NCBI GenBank assembly: GCA_023131935.1
Contig: JAGLYY010000172.1
Span: 1 to 43,724 of the forward strand
From: Spirochaetales bacterium
GTDB lineage: Bacteria; Spirochaetota; Spirochaetia; JAGLYY01
DNA length: 43,724 bases
Reading direction: 5' to 3'
A program made the position numbers and the translations under genes. Below, one piece after another: positions 1-9,485 of the stretch. Each line of letters begins with the position of its first letter. Position 1 is the first letter of the stretch. The notes beneath the pieces are model-generated. The model searched no databases, was not told the origin of the DNA, and was given only the letters and a program-made list of their open reading frames with translations.

Positions 1-477
1 CTGGGAAGCTGGCGCATTCATGCTGTCAGGCTGGCATTAGGATAATCATGGAGCTGTGATACGGCGTAGTGTAGAGTGTTCATCCCGGGAGATAAAGGGA
101 CTGAAAACCGATACGAAAGGCGCTACAGCGAAGCCGGTAGTTTTCTCACAGAAGCTTGAGTCAGTCCTGACAATGCTTGAGTTTAAGGGTGTACCGAAGG
201 AGGAACTCTTCTTTACTGTTGAAGATCGAGTGATCGGACTCGGCCGGCTAATAAGCATTTCAAGGCATCCATGAGAAGGGCAGGGATAGAACTCAACGGA
301 AGGACCCAATACAGCCTGAGGCATACCTTCTATACTGAGATGCTCAAGCGGATTCCGGAGAAGGATGTAAAGAAGATGGCCGGGCACTGGGCACTCCGGA
401 AGGAATATGATCATCGCCAGGTGGTGGACTTCCTCCGGAACGCTCAGCCAATGAATGAGATTGTGAATTCTCTATAA
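1..477 (+). pseudogene. Tyrosine recombinase (phage-type integrase) C-terminal remnant with broken reading frame
   Basis: Track ORFs 56-274 and 271-477 are consecutive pieces in different frames. The second carries QYSLRHTFYTEML (box II xxLRH) and AGHWALRKEYDH (GH...Y tail). Its frame is open back only to ~223 (TGA 220-222), and the first piece stops at TGA 272-274, so a frameshift lies at ~223-270. The first frame is also closed by TAG 38-40. No N-terminal half is present in the window. Confidence 0.6.
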
Positions 478-747
478 TTCGTTATCTGTCGCTGGAGCAT
501 CTTGAGGGAAACCAGTATAAGCGTAAATTAGTGAAGCGGTTTTGGTGATTTCATTTCTTTTTAGAGTGTGATTTCCCTGTTTTTTTGCGTTTTCACAGTA
601 TATTACGATTATTATAATCCCAATATTTTCTTCTTCTCATGATCGTACTTTCCTGGCAATTCGATCATGGATTGTTATTTTATGTTTTTCCTCACACAGA
701 ATACAGCCATGCGAGAGAAACATTATTGCACATTTCTTAATAAAGTC

Positions 748-776
748 TTGAAGCTTATAGGATTCCAGAGTACACT
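748..776 (+). promoter_or_regulatory. Candidate sigma-70 promoter TTGAAG-N17-TACACT with no ORF behind it
   Basis: Hexamers at 748-753 and 771-776 with a 17-nt spacer. It lies in the 485-nt non-coding gap between the integrase remnant and marR. Weak match in AT-rich context. Confidence 0.2.
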
Positions 777-789
777 ATTCTCGGGTTTG

Positions 790-842
790 GGGTATACTCT
801 CTTTTAAAACCATTAGTGTGGTAGAGAGTATTCCCTTTTTTT
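790..842 (+). terminator. Hairpin plus T7 run (intrinsic-terminator-like), plus-strand orientation
   Basis: GGGTATACTCTCT (790-802) pairs with AGAGAGTATTCCC (823-835): 13-bp arms, one mismatch, 20-nt loop. TTTTTTT follows at 836-842. The large loop weakens the call. Confidence 0.35.
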
Positions 843-963
843 ATCGTCTTGTTTCTGGAAACCTTATCGGTCTTTTATCGGAAAGTTAATCTATCAAGTT
901 TGCTATATTTTGGAATCATGTTCGGGCGGCGCACACAAGGTCTAATTGTTTATGAAATGTCAG

Positions 964-1455
964 TTACTCCACCTTATTCTCTATATTTTCCAATGAAAAG
1001 AGAATGGCAGAGGCGGAAATATCCTCGATATCCATCATTTCAGCAATACGCTGAAGTGAAGAAAGAAGCAGAGTTTGTTCCCATGGTTTAGTTTTTTCCA
1101 TTCTTTCCAAAAAATAATCCTGAAAGAGGGATGGAGCATTCTTAAGTAACTCTTCAGACTTACTGGTTATTTCCACGAAGACCTTTCGTTTGTCATCCGA
1201 GTTTCTAATTCTTTTTAAGTATTCCCGCCCTTCAAGACGTTGGACTATATTTGTAACTGTTGCATTACTGAGAGATGCTTTACGGGCAAGCTGTCCAATA
1301 GATATACTTTCATGTTTTGCTACTTCATTTATTATGTAAAGCTGTGGTCCGGTGATGTTAAACTCTTTTTCAAGTTTCCTTGAATGTAGATCGACTGCTC
1401 GAATAATGCGTCTTATACTGATAAGTATCTCATCGATAATATCAATGTATTCCAA
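964..1455 (-). CDS. MarR-family winged-helix transcriptional regulator
   Basis: 163 aa. Typical MarR core: ITGPQLYIINEVAKHESISIGQLARKASLSNATVTNIVQRLEGREYLKRIRNSDDKRKVFVEIT. TTG start at 1455 is preceded by GGAGG 7 nt upstream. Confidence 0.85.
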   Translation of the reverse strand: MEYIDIIDEILISIRRIIRAVDLHSRKLEKEFNITGPQLYIINEVAKHESISIGQLARKASLSNATVTNIVQRLEGREYLKRIRNSDDKRKVFVEITSKSEELLKNAPSLFQDYFLERMEKTKPWEQTLLLSSLQRIAEMMDIEDISASAILFSLENIENKVE

Positions 1456-1551
1456 TTTAAACCTCCATGAGAATAAATGTTATATAACCCTTATCTTATG
1501 TATAACCTATTAGTCTCTTAAAAGGCAATAGAGATAATATCACTATATTAT

Positions 1552-1567
1552 ATTTAGATCTCTAAAT
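1552..1567. repeat. 7-2-7 inverted repeat ATTTAGA-TC-TCTAAAT in the marR/ABC divergent intergenic region
   Basis: Read directly from the sequence. Size and position would suit a MarR-type operator, but the AT-rich context makes chance occurrence plausible. Confidence 0.25.
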
Positions 1568-1912
1568 AAATAAAAAATTAGAATTCAAAAGAAGTTTGAA
1601 AGAGAAATTTATTATATAACAAGATTTTCTCAATTCTTGAAGTCTAAAATACTCACATATTGTATTACAGATGTATGACTCCCCTGCAAAAACTAATGAA
1701 TCTGCAAACGATGCGCTATATATGGTGTATAAGCAAACATATGTACCATATATATAGTGTAGTTTTCTGGACACAAAACCTTATTGCAGTAGAGCCATGT
1801 ATATGTTTTAAACTATTCGTATGGGAAAACTTATATCAGGCTTGTAAATAGTTAGAATTGTAAGTATAATATCTTTAGTATGTAAATAATCTTTTCATGT
1901 AAGGAGTAAAAT

Positions 1913-3442
1913 ATGAAGAAAATTACAATTATTTTTATGATGGTTCTATTTGTTCTTCCCTTAGTGGGCTTGTCAGCAGGTGGCCAGAAGGATGCTGAAG
2001 GAACAAAGCAGAAAATTGAAGAAAAGATGATTATAAGGATAGCGGAGCAGGTACCTAACCTTATCACACCAGGTGTCTGGGATGGTCAGGCTTTTTCACT
2101 GAATTCATCCATCTATGATTATCTGATTGAGATGGATGCTGAGACAGGAGAGATAGTACCAGCTCTGGCAATAGAATGGAGCAGTGAATATGGAAGAGTG
2201 TGGACTTTTAAACTTCGTGAAGGTGTGAAATTTCATGATGGAACAGCTTTTACCTCAGAAGATGTTAAATACTCACTGGAACGAACACAAGATCCGAACC
2301 TGGGGCATTTAAAAGCTGAGGATTTTGCTGTCGTAGAGAGCATTAGCACCCCAGATGATTATACAGTTATTATCATTCTGAAAGAAGTTCTTCCTACGTT
2401 CATGTATCAGGTGACTGATTATAACATGGCCATGCTTTCTTCTGAGTATGATTATGGCAGGCTTGGTGAATCAGCACCAATGGGAACAGGACCGTTTATG
2501 CTTAAAAAGCTTATTCCAAAGGAATCGGCCCTTCTGGTGAAGAATACCGATTTCTGGCAATCAGGACTACCTAAAGCTGATGAACTCCAAATCTACTTTG
2601 TACCGGATATTGATGCTAGTGTTTCGCTGCTTGAAGCTGGAAAAGTTGATATTGTCCCGCAGATTTCTCCTGTTATACAGCAGCGGCTGGAAGCAGTAGA
2701 GGGTTATAAAGTAGTTTCTCCTTATCAGGAGTATCGCTTTATAGCTATGGCGATGGACAGAGAACCTTTTGATGACAACGATGTCCGATTGGCACTGAAG
2801 TACTGCATGGATCCTGAAGTTCTTGCAAAAGCTTGTCAGGGGACACTCAATGAAGGAATTTTCTACAATGAGACCCCAATTCTGAACAAATCGGTTCAGT
2901 ATAATGAAATCCCCTTTAGAGGAAGGAATATTGAAAAAGCTAAGGAGCTTCTTGCGAAAGCAGGGTATCCGGAAGGTTTGACTGTTGAACTCTACTATGG
3001 TTCCGACCATCCCTATGGTAAGGAAATTTCCCAGACTCTGAAAGAGCTAGCAGCTCCAGCTGGAATCAATCTGGATCTTAAGGGCTTTCCTAGAGATATC
3101 TATCTATCTCAATACTGGATGAATGGACCTTTGTTGCTTACAGGTTGGGGGGGACGTGTTGATCCTTCAATGTTGTTAATGCTTGCATACCATTCTGAAG
3201 GGCCATGGAATGAATCTCATATGAACGATCCTGAAATTGATGATCTTATATCACTGATTAAGGGTGAAGTTGTTGATGCACAGAGACAGAAATACTATGC
3301 CAAACTTCAGGAAGTATTCTTTGAACGCGGTACGGTTATCAATCTTCAGGTTCCTTATCTGGTTGGTTTAAGTGATGCGGTACAGGATTTCCGTCAGCCA
3401 ATTACGATGATTACTCAGTTAAAGTATGTCTACTTACAATAG
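1913..3442 (+). CDS. ABC transporter substrate-binding protein, family 5 (peptide/nickel, DppA/OppA-like)
   Basis: 509 aa. N-terminal signal peptide (MKKITIIFMMVLFVLPLVGLSAGG) with no lipobox Cys. Family-5 SBP-like length and sequence. AGGAG SD lies before the ATG. First gene of a 4-gene transporter operon. Confidence 0.85.
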   Translation: MKKITIIFMMVLFVLPLVGLSAGGQKDAEGTKQKIEEKMIIRIAEQVPNLITPGVWDGQAFSLNSSIYDYLIEMDAETGEIVPALAIEWSSEYGRVWTFKLREGVKFHDGTAFTSEDVKYSLERTQDPNLGHLKAEDFAVVESISTPDDYTVIIILKEVLPTFMYQVTDYNMAMLSSEYDYGRLGESAPMGTGPFMLKKLIPKESALLVKNTDFWQSGLPKADELQIYFVPDIDASVSLLEAGKVDIVPQISPVIQQRLEAVEGYKVVSPYQEYRFIAMAMDREPFDDNDVRLALKYCMDPEVLAKACQGTLNEGIFYNETPILNKSVQYNEIPFRGRNIEKAKELLAKAGYPEGLTVELYYGSDHPYGKEISQTLKELAAPAGINLDLKGFPRDIYLSQYWMNGPLLLTGWGGRVDPSMLLMLAYHSEGPWNESHMNDPEIDDLISLIKGEVVDAQRQKYYAKLQEVFFERGTVINLQVPYLVGLSDAVQDFRQPITMITQLKYVYLQ

Positions 3443-3450
3443 AAGAACTA

Positions 3451-4416
3451 ATGAATTTTATAACAAAGTTTTCAAAGCGGCTGGGGTTTATGATATTGAC
3501 CCTGGCTGTAATGTCTTTTTTAATTTTTTTTCTTGTTGAGATTATGCCCGGTGATGTGGCTCAGACTGTTCTGGGTCAGAGTGCTACACCCGAATCGCTT
3601 GCCTCTCTACGGGCATCGATGGGGCTTAACGACCCCCTGCTCGTACGTTACGGGCGATGGGCCGGCGGTTTTATTCAAGGCGATCTGGGTGAATCTCTCT
3701 ATATGCGGGGGGTTCAGATAAACACAATTTTATGGCGTAAGGTAGGGCATTCAGTTATTCTTGCACTGACAGCACTTGTTTTTTATGTTCCTTTGTCGTT
3801 GTTTTTAGGTGTTCTTGCGGGTGTCAGGGCAGGAAAACTGACAGATTCTATAATCTCATTTTTCGGACTGGCTACAATGGCTCTTCCAGAATTTGTATCG
3901 GGTATTATTCTTATAACCTTGTTTGCGATTAAACTACCCCTGCTGCCTATTACCAGTATTATTCCCATTGGGGAGACAATCTGGGGGAATCTGGATATTC
4001 TTATTTTACCGGCTTTATCGATAACATTTGTTATGTTCGGGTATGTTTCCCGTATGCAGCGATCGTCGATGATAACCGTAATGAAATCCGATTATATTAG
4101 AGCTGCCTTTCTTAAAGGCATGCCCAGGAGCTACATTATCCTCCGGCATGCCCTGAAGAACGCCCTTCTGCCGACTATAACCATAATCGGGATGAACATG
4201 GGATGGCTTTTTGGAGGGCTAGTTGTTGTGGAAACTCTTTTTGGTTTCCCGGGACTTGGTTCACTGACGCTGTCCGCCGTAAAAACCAGAGATATTCCGC
4301 TGCTTGAAGCCAGCGTACTTTTTATTACTTTTATTTTTGTTGTTTCCACTTTTATTACAGATGTGATGTATTCACACCTGAATCCCCGCATTCGTTTTAA
4401 AGGTGGAGATGTATGA
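3451..4416 (+). CDS. ABC transporter permease (DppB/OppB family)
   Basis: 321 aa, multi-pass membrane protein with a conserved DppB-like N-terminus (PGDVAQTVLGQSATPESLASLRASMGLNDP) and C-terminus (YSHLNPRIR). Confidence 0.9.
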   Translation: MNFITKFSKRLGFMILTLAVMSFLIFFLVEIMPGDVAQTVLGQSATPESLASLRASMGLNDPLLVRYGRWAGGFIQGDLGESLYMRGVQINTILWRKVGHSVILALTALVFYVPLSLFLGVLAGVRAGKLTDSIISFFGLATMALPEFVSGIILITLFAIKLPLLPITSIIPIGETIWGNLDILILPALSITFVMFGYVSRMQRSSMITVMKSDYIRAAFLKGMPRSYIILRHALKNALLPTITIIGMNMGWLFGGLVVVETLFGFPGLGSLTLSAVKTRDIPLLEASVLFITFIFVVSTFITDVMYSHLNPRIRFKGGDV

Positions 4417-5243
4417 AAATTTTGTTTCTTCTATTAAAAAAGAACCCTCTTGCCATTTTTGGAATTGTAATACTTTTTTCTTGGATTATTGCCGCACTGT
4501 TAGGTCCTATAGTTCTTTCGTATAACTATACAGAGATGGATATGGATCACCAGATGACAGCTCCCGGAGAGAATGGTCACTTGCTTGGAACCGATGCATT
4601 GGGAAGGGATATCTTTGCGAGGATAATATATGGAAGCCGGTCTATACTGACAGTTGCGTTGATGACGAGTCTTTTTTCTTCGATAGCCGGGATACTTATT
4701 GGTTTTACAGCTGGTTATTCCGGTGGTCTGGTGGATATGATCTTTCTTCGAATAATGGATATTGTAATGGCTGTACCTCCACTTGTTCTTGCAATGGTGG
4801 TGTTGGGTATACTGGGGGATTCCACTATTCTAAGTCTTACACTGATAGTTTCAATAGCTTATACCCCTGCTACGGCCAGGGTTGCCAGGGGTGCATTGTT
4901 AACCTGTAAAGGTAATGAATATGTTGATGCCGCCCGAATAAGGGGTGAATCGCACTTGGAAATTATGTTTGTGGAGATACTTCCCAATACAATTGGTCCG
5001 GTTATCGTAGAAGTTACTGCACGTTTTGCATATTCAATAATGATGATAGCCTCTTTGGGGTTTCTTGGAGTAGGGCTTCAGCCGCCCACTCCGGACTGGG
5101 GCATGATGGTAATTGAAAATAAGTCAATAATACGGGCAGCTTCCTGGACGGTTCTTTATCCTTCTCTGGCTATAGCATCACTCGTTATCGCAGTATCGCT
5201 CTTCTCCGACTTCGTAAGCAAGGTAATGATACATGAAAAATAA
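4413..5243 (+). CDS. ABC transporter permease (DppC/OppC family)
   Basis: 276 aa. LGTDALGRDIFARIIYGSR is the typical DppC motif. ATGA start/stop overlap with the upstream permease. Confidence 0.9.
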   Translation: MKILFLLLKKNPLAIFGIVILFSWIIAALLGPIVLSYNYTEMDMDHQMTAPGENGHLLGTDALGRDIFARIIYGSRSILTVALMTSLFSSIAGILIGFTAGYSGGLVDMIFLRIMDIVMAVPPLVLAMVVLGILGDSTILSLTLIVSIAYTPATARVARGALLTCKGNEYVDAARIRGESHLEIMFVEILPNTIGPVIVEVTARFAYSIMMIASLGFLGVGLQPPTPDWGMMVIENKSIIRAASWTVLYPSLAIASLVIAVSLFSDFVSKVMIHEK

Positions 5244-7236
5244 TCCTATACTTGAAATAAAGAACCTGGATGTTGTATATAAAACTCTAAATGATCAGAT
5301 TGTGGCTCTTAAAGATATTAATCTTAGAGTAGGGGAAAGGGAATCACTGGGAATAATTGGTGAATCGGGATGTGGCAAAAGTACGCTTTTCTATGCAATT
5401 ATGGATTACCTGCCCTCTAATGGAATAAGTAGTGGAGAGATTCTCTTTAAAGGGGAAAATCTTCTTGAAAAAAGTCAGAAAGAGGTGATGGAATACCGGG
5501 GAGATCGAATAGCAATGGTGTATCAGAACCCTTATTCATCTTTGAATCCATCACTTACTATAGGATATCAGCTCGATGAAGTTACCAGATTCCACCGGGG
5601 TTATTCCAGGAAAGAAGCCAGGATAGCGAGTATCCAGGCTTTGACAGATCTATATCTGGGAGATACCACCGGTATTGTAAGGCGCTATCCTCATCAGATT
5701 AGCGGTGGTATGCAGCAGCGAATATGTATAGCCATGGCTCTTTTATGCCGACCGGATTTACTGATTCTTGATGAGCCTACGACTGCACTGGATGTAACAA
5801 CTGAGATTGTTATTCTTGATATAATCGGAGAACTTAAAGAAAAATATGACATGTCTCTTATCTACATTTCTCATGATATTGGTGTTGTAAACAAGGTAGC
5901 AGACAGGATTGCTGTTATGTACCGGGGAGAAATAGTAGAAACAGGTGCACAGAATACTATATTTCAGAATCCTGAGCATCCTTATACCAGAGCCTTGATA
6001 AACTGTATGCCCCGGTCAGGAATAGTCAAGGAGGAAGTACGGCTAAACACAATTCCCGGCTATGTTGCCAGAAGAAGTGCTGCAGAAACGGGTTGTCCTT
6101 ATGTGTCCCGATGTGAAAAAAAAGCACCCGGTTGTGAAACGGAATATGGAATAAGAGAAAGTGCGCCAAATCACTTTTCCTCTTGTAACAGGGCTTATGC
6201 GGAAGATGTTCCCGATAAGAAGAGAGCTGCATTAAAAATACCAATAGAGAATAACGGTAATGGAAAAAATATTTTAGCGATTGAAAATCTCTACAAGTAT
6301 TATGGTAGACCGGGGCGAAAGGTAAGAGCTCTGGATGGAGTGTCAGTTTCTCTTGACAGGAACAGTGTTCTTGGCATTGTTGGTGAATCAGGATGCGGTA
6401 AGAGTACCATGGGTTTGACAATAAGCGGTTTGCTTAAACCTACTAAAGGTAAACTATATTTTGACGGTATAGATATTTCTATTTCCTGGAAAAAAAGAAC
6501 TCCGGAAGTTTTCCGCGAGATTCAGCTTATATTTCAGAATCCCGGGAGGAGTCTTAATCCATCTTTCAACCTGGAGAGAATTATTGGGCGTCCTATAAAA
6601 AAACTGCTTGGAATCAAATCGAGGGCGGTGCGCCGAAAGATGATAATAGACATTCTAAAAAAAGTCGATCTTGGAGAGGAGTACCTTTATCGAAAGGCAA
6701 CTCAGCTTAGTGGAGGAGAGATGCAGAGAGCCGCTCTTGCACGGGCCTTTTCTATTTCACCGGATCTTCTAATCTGTGATGAACCGACTTCTGCCCTGGA
6801 TGTTTCGGTACAGGCTTCAGTACTAAATCTTCTTGGAGATCTTCAGCAGGAATCAGGAGCAGCCTATATTTTTATTTCCCATGACCTTAATGTAATTAAT
6901 TACATAAGCGATTATATCATGGTAATGTACCTGGGCCGAATTTGTGAATATGGGAGAAAAGAGGAGATAGTTGGTTCTCCATATCATCCATATACAGAAG
7001 CCTTGCTTTCAGCTGTCCCGGATGTTGATCCTTCACTAAAAAAGAAAATAATACGCATTGAAGGTTCACCACCAAACCCGACAAAAAAAATAGAGGGATG
7101 TCCTTTTGCTGACCGATGTCATAGAAAGATTGGGGATATTTGTGATACTGTACTGCCAACAAAGGCAGTGTTTTCTGATACACATTATACGTTTTGTCAT
7201 TTGACATCAGAAGAAATGGGTTCCACTTCCTTGTAG
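5233..7236 (+). CDS. Fused double ATP-binding protein of the peptide ABC transporter (DppD-DppF-type halves in one chain)
   Basis: 667 aa. Two Walker A motifs (GESGCGKST twice), two signatures (ISGGMQQR, LSGGEMQR) and two Walker B motifs (LLILDEPT, LLICDEPT). Each half is followed by a Cys-rich oligopeptide-type C-terminal segment. Confidence 0.9.
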   Translation: MKNNPILEIKNLDVVYKTLNDQIVALKDINLRVGERESLGIIGESGCGKSTLFYAIMDYLPSNGISSGEILFKGENLLEKSQKEVMEYRGDRIAMVYQNPYSSLNPSLTIGYQLDEVTRFHRGYSRKEARIASIQALTDLYLGDTTGIVRRYPHQISGGMQQRICIAMALLCRPDLLILDEPTTALDVTTEIVILDIIGELKEKYDMSLIYISHDIGVVNKVADRIAVMYRGEIVETGAQNTIFQNPEHPYTRALINCMPRSGIVKEEVRLNTIPGYVARRSAAETGCPYVSRCEKKAPGCETEYGIRESAPNHFSSCNRAYAEDVPDKKRAALKIPIENNGNGKNILAIENLYKYYGRPGRKVRALDGVSVSLDRNSVLGIVGESGCGKSTMGLTISGLLKPTKGKLYFDGIDISISWKKRTPEVFREIQLIFQNPGRSLNPSFNLERIIGRPIKKLLGIKSRAVRRKMIIDILKKVDLGEEYLYRKATQLSGGEMQRAALARAFSISPDLLICDEPTSALDVSVQASVLNLLGDLQQESGAAYIFISHDLNVINYISDYIMVMYLGRICEYGRKEEIVGSPYHPYTEALLSAVPDVDPSLKKKIIRIEGSPPNPTKKIEGCPFADRCHRKIGDICDTVLPTKAVFSDTHYTFCHLTSEEMGSTSL

Positions 7237-7775
7237 ATGCATGGAGAAGTACTTTTTAAATTATTTTTGATTGAAAAAGATCAATGGGCTCATTTAAATT
7301 ATTATCAAATAACAATGAAGTATATTTTTATCAATAACCCGCATTTCTCACAAACATTTCACTCATGATGCAATCCGGCTCTAGAATGTCATAGTTCTAT
7401 CAATAGCACACTCTGGATACGATTTGAAGGGAAAATAATATTCTAATATTGATAAATCCAGATATCTTCTAAAAAAACACGGTTTTCTTACGATTATTCT
7501 AACTCAGGTGGGTTGCCTGTTATTACTATATCTTATGGTAACATGTCTTTTTTCGTGTGTTCAGCTTTTTTCCATGGGTTAGACAAATATTTACTAACGT
7601 GGCATTTTTTGGGTGGCCGGTAAAGCTGACAGGTGGCTATACAAGCATCCAAAAACCTCTTTTAAAACTCTCTGTTAACACGCGTGGTATTTACGTTAAC
7701 AGGAGCGGGTTTTTTTAGTCGTTTACCGAGGCATATTCCATTAGGGACTTCTTGCCTTCGAGCAGAATATGGAGG

Positions 7776-8426
7776 CTATCTGAGAGGGACCACATAAAAA
7801 AGAACAGAGAAGAAGTGACAGACAGTTCCCCCGATAACAAAGAGATGCCAGATCCCATGACTCATGGGCAGTTTTTTCCATTCGTAAAATACTACACCTA
7901 AAGAATAAGAAAGGCCTCCGCCGAAAAGCCAGAGAAATCCCCCTTTAGGTAAAGCAGCAAGGAGAGGTTTTAACGCGATTATCACGATCCAGCCCATCAA
8001 CAGGTAGATAATTGTGGATAATATCTTAAATCTCCTGATAAAAATCGATTTCATTACGATTCCTGAAACAGCAAGTCCCCAAATTACCCCGAAAAGGGAC
8101 CATCCCCAGGGACCCCGGAGTGTGACCAGAAGAAAAGGGGTATATGTACCCGCAATAAGAATGAAAATCGAGGAATGATCGAGTATTTTAAAGACATGTT
8201 TTGCCTTTGGTGCTGTCAAACTATGATAAAGGGTAGAACTCATGTAGAGAATGATAATTGAAGCCCCGAAAATACTTGTAGAGACAATATGCCAAACATT
8301 GCCATGGTTAACAGACATTACCACGAGGATAACAAGGGCAGCTACGCCCAGGAGGGTGCCAATACCGTGGGTAATGCTGTTAAAGATCTCCTCTTTAAGT
8401 GAATACGGTTTAGAAGTCTTGCTCAT
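7776..8426 (-). CDS. Hemolysin III / PAQR-family membrane protein
   Basis: Seven-TM-like protein with EEIFNSITHGIGTLLG and HLFVIGG motifs. The track ORF extends to 8489, but ATG 8424-8426 (MSKTSKPYSLKEE...) with AGGAAA upstream is the more plausible start. Confidence 0.8.
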   Translation of the reverse strand: MSKTSKPYSLKEEIFNSITHGIGTLLGVAALVILVVMSVNHGNVWHIVSTSIFGASIIILYMSSTLYHSLTAPKAKHVFKILDHSSIFILIAGTYTPFLLVTLRGPWGWSLFGVIWGLAVSGIVMKSIFIRRFKILSTIIYLLMGWIVIIALKPLLAALPKGGFLWLFGGGLSYSLGVVFYEWKKLPMSHGIWHLFVIGGTVCHFFSVLFYVVPLR

Positions 8427-8521
8427 AAATCTTTCCTGAATCGGGAGTTTAGAACCTGTCCGGTAAAACCGGAACCTGACAGCGGGCATGGTAGTATGGT
8501 GTTTCAGGTATAGTCAATAGT

Positions 8522-8544
8522 TCATATAGGCTCATATAGGCTCA
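8522..8544. repeat. Tandem direct repeat TCATATAGGC x2.3
   Basis: Copies at 8522-8531 and 8532-8541, plus partial TCA at 8542-8544. Located in the hlyIII/flgF divergent intergenic region. Confidence 0.9.
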
Positions 8545-8577
8545 CCTTGATGTGGCAGGTGAGTTCAGACTTTCACA

Positions 8578-8604
8578 TCAAGTATTATCCTGCTGCACCG
8601 ATAG
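8578..8604 (+). promoter_or_regulatory. Candidate sigma-28 (FliA-type) promoter upstream of the rod genes
   Basis: TCAAGTAT-N11-ACCGATAG versus consensus TAAAGTTT-N11-GCCGATAA (6/8 and 6/8, correct spacing), ending 19 nt before ATG 8624. Confidence 0.35.
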
Positions 8605-8623
8605 TTAAAACAGGAGAAACCCA

Positions 8624-9472
8624 ATGATTCGAGGTATGTATACAGGCGCCAGCGGCATGGCTGCCCAGATGCACAGGATGGATACCATCGCGAATAATCT
8701 TGCAAATGTTGACGTAACCGGATACAAGCGGGATACAGCAATATCAAAGGCATTTCCGGAATTATTGCTCCGGAGAATGAATGACAACGGCGTCTATAAG
8801 TTTCCCTTCGGGAGTGCCGAATACCCTCCTGTTGTTGGGATGATCGGGACCGGTGTGGAGATGAACGAAGCTTATACGGTCTTCTCCCAGGGTGCTTTCA
8901 AAGAGACGAACAATGTTTTTGATATTGCCCTTGAGGGGGAGGGTTTTTTCGCGATCCAAACCCCCGATGGTGAACGGTATACCAGGAACGGAACCTTCCT
9001 GATAAACGACGAGGGGGTCCTTGTTACTAAAGAGGGTCACCCGGTACTTGGAGAACAGGGCATCATTAGAATAAAAAAACATAACTTTATCGTAGACAAA
9101 CAGGGACGGGTGTTCCAGAACAAGACCTTCACCGATGATCCTGAGCGCCTTGTAAGTATGGAAGAAAACGAATGGGAGAACACTGAGCTCCTCGATAAAC
9201 TGAAAATTATGAATTTTGAGAGGGTCAGATATCTGAAAAAACAGGGTAGTTCAATGTGGGCTTCCAACCGTGAGTCGGGGGAAGCTTTCCTACAGGAAAC
9301 CGGAGGGACAACTAAGGTCTACCAGGGCTTTCTTGAGGGATCAAATGTGAACTCTGTAACCGAAATGGTCAGGATGATCGAGGTGAACAGGGCCTACGAA
9401 GCGAACCAGAAGCTTATTCAGAGCGAAGATTATCTATCTGGAAAACTTATTAACGATGCGGCAAAATTTTAG
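8624..9472 (+). CDS. flgF: Flagellar basal-body rod protein (FlgF/FlhO-like)
   Basis: 282 aa. N-terminal rod signature MIRGMYTGASGMAAQMHRMDTIANNLANVDVTGYKRD and a conserved C-terminal rod domain (NVNSVTEMVRMIEVNRAYEANQKLIQ). Confidence 0.8.
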   Translation: MIRGMYTGASGMAAQMHRMDTIANNLANVDVTGYKRDTAISKAFPELLLRRMNDNGVYKFPFGSAEYPPVVGMIGTGVEMNEAYTVFSQGAFKETNNVFDIALEGEGFFAIQTPDGERYTRNGTFLINDEGVLVTKEGHPVLGEQGIIRIKKHNFIVDKQGRVFQNKTFTDDPERLVSMEENEWENTELLDKLKIMNFERVRYLKKQGSSMWASNRESGEAFLQETGGTTKVYQGFLEGSNVNSVTEMVRMIEVNRAYEANQKLIQSEDYLSGKLINDAAKF

Positions 9473-9485
9473 GGAGTAAAAGGCC

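Noticed and set aside
5233-7236. Cys-rich segments after each ATPase half (CPYVSRCEKKAPGC...C and CPFADRCHRKIGDIC...C) as something unusual
   Set aside because: Such Cys motifs are a regular feature of the oligopeptide-type ABC ATPase C-terminal domain. The fusion of the two halves is noted in the feature call only.
7543-7623. 26-codon hydrophobic ORF (MSFFVCSAFFHGLDKYLLTWHFLGGR) in the long spacer
   Set aside because: It has no SD and nothing to support it beyond being an open frame in AT-rich DNA.
8522-8544. Short exact direct repeats considered as a possible CRISPR or minisatellite (also 23917-23940, 26528-26547, 36490-36513)
   Set aside because: There are only 2-2.7 contiguous copies of 9-12 bp with no spacers, so this is not CRISPR architecture. 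They are reported as simple tandem duplications instead.
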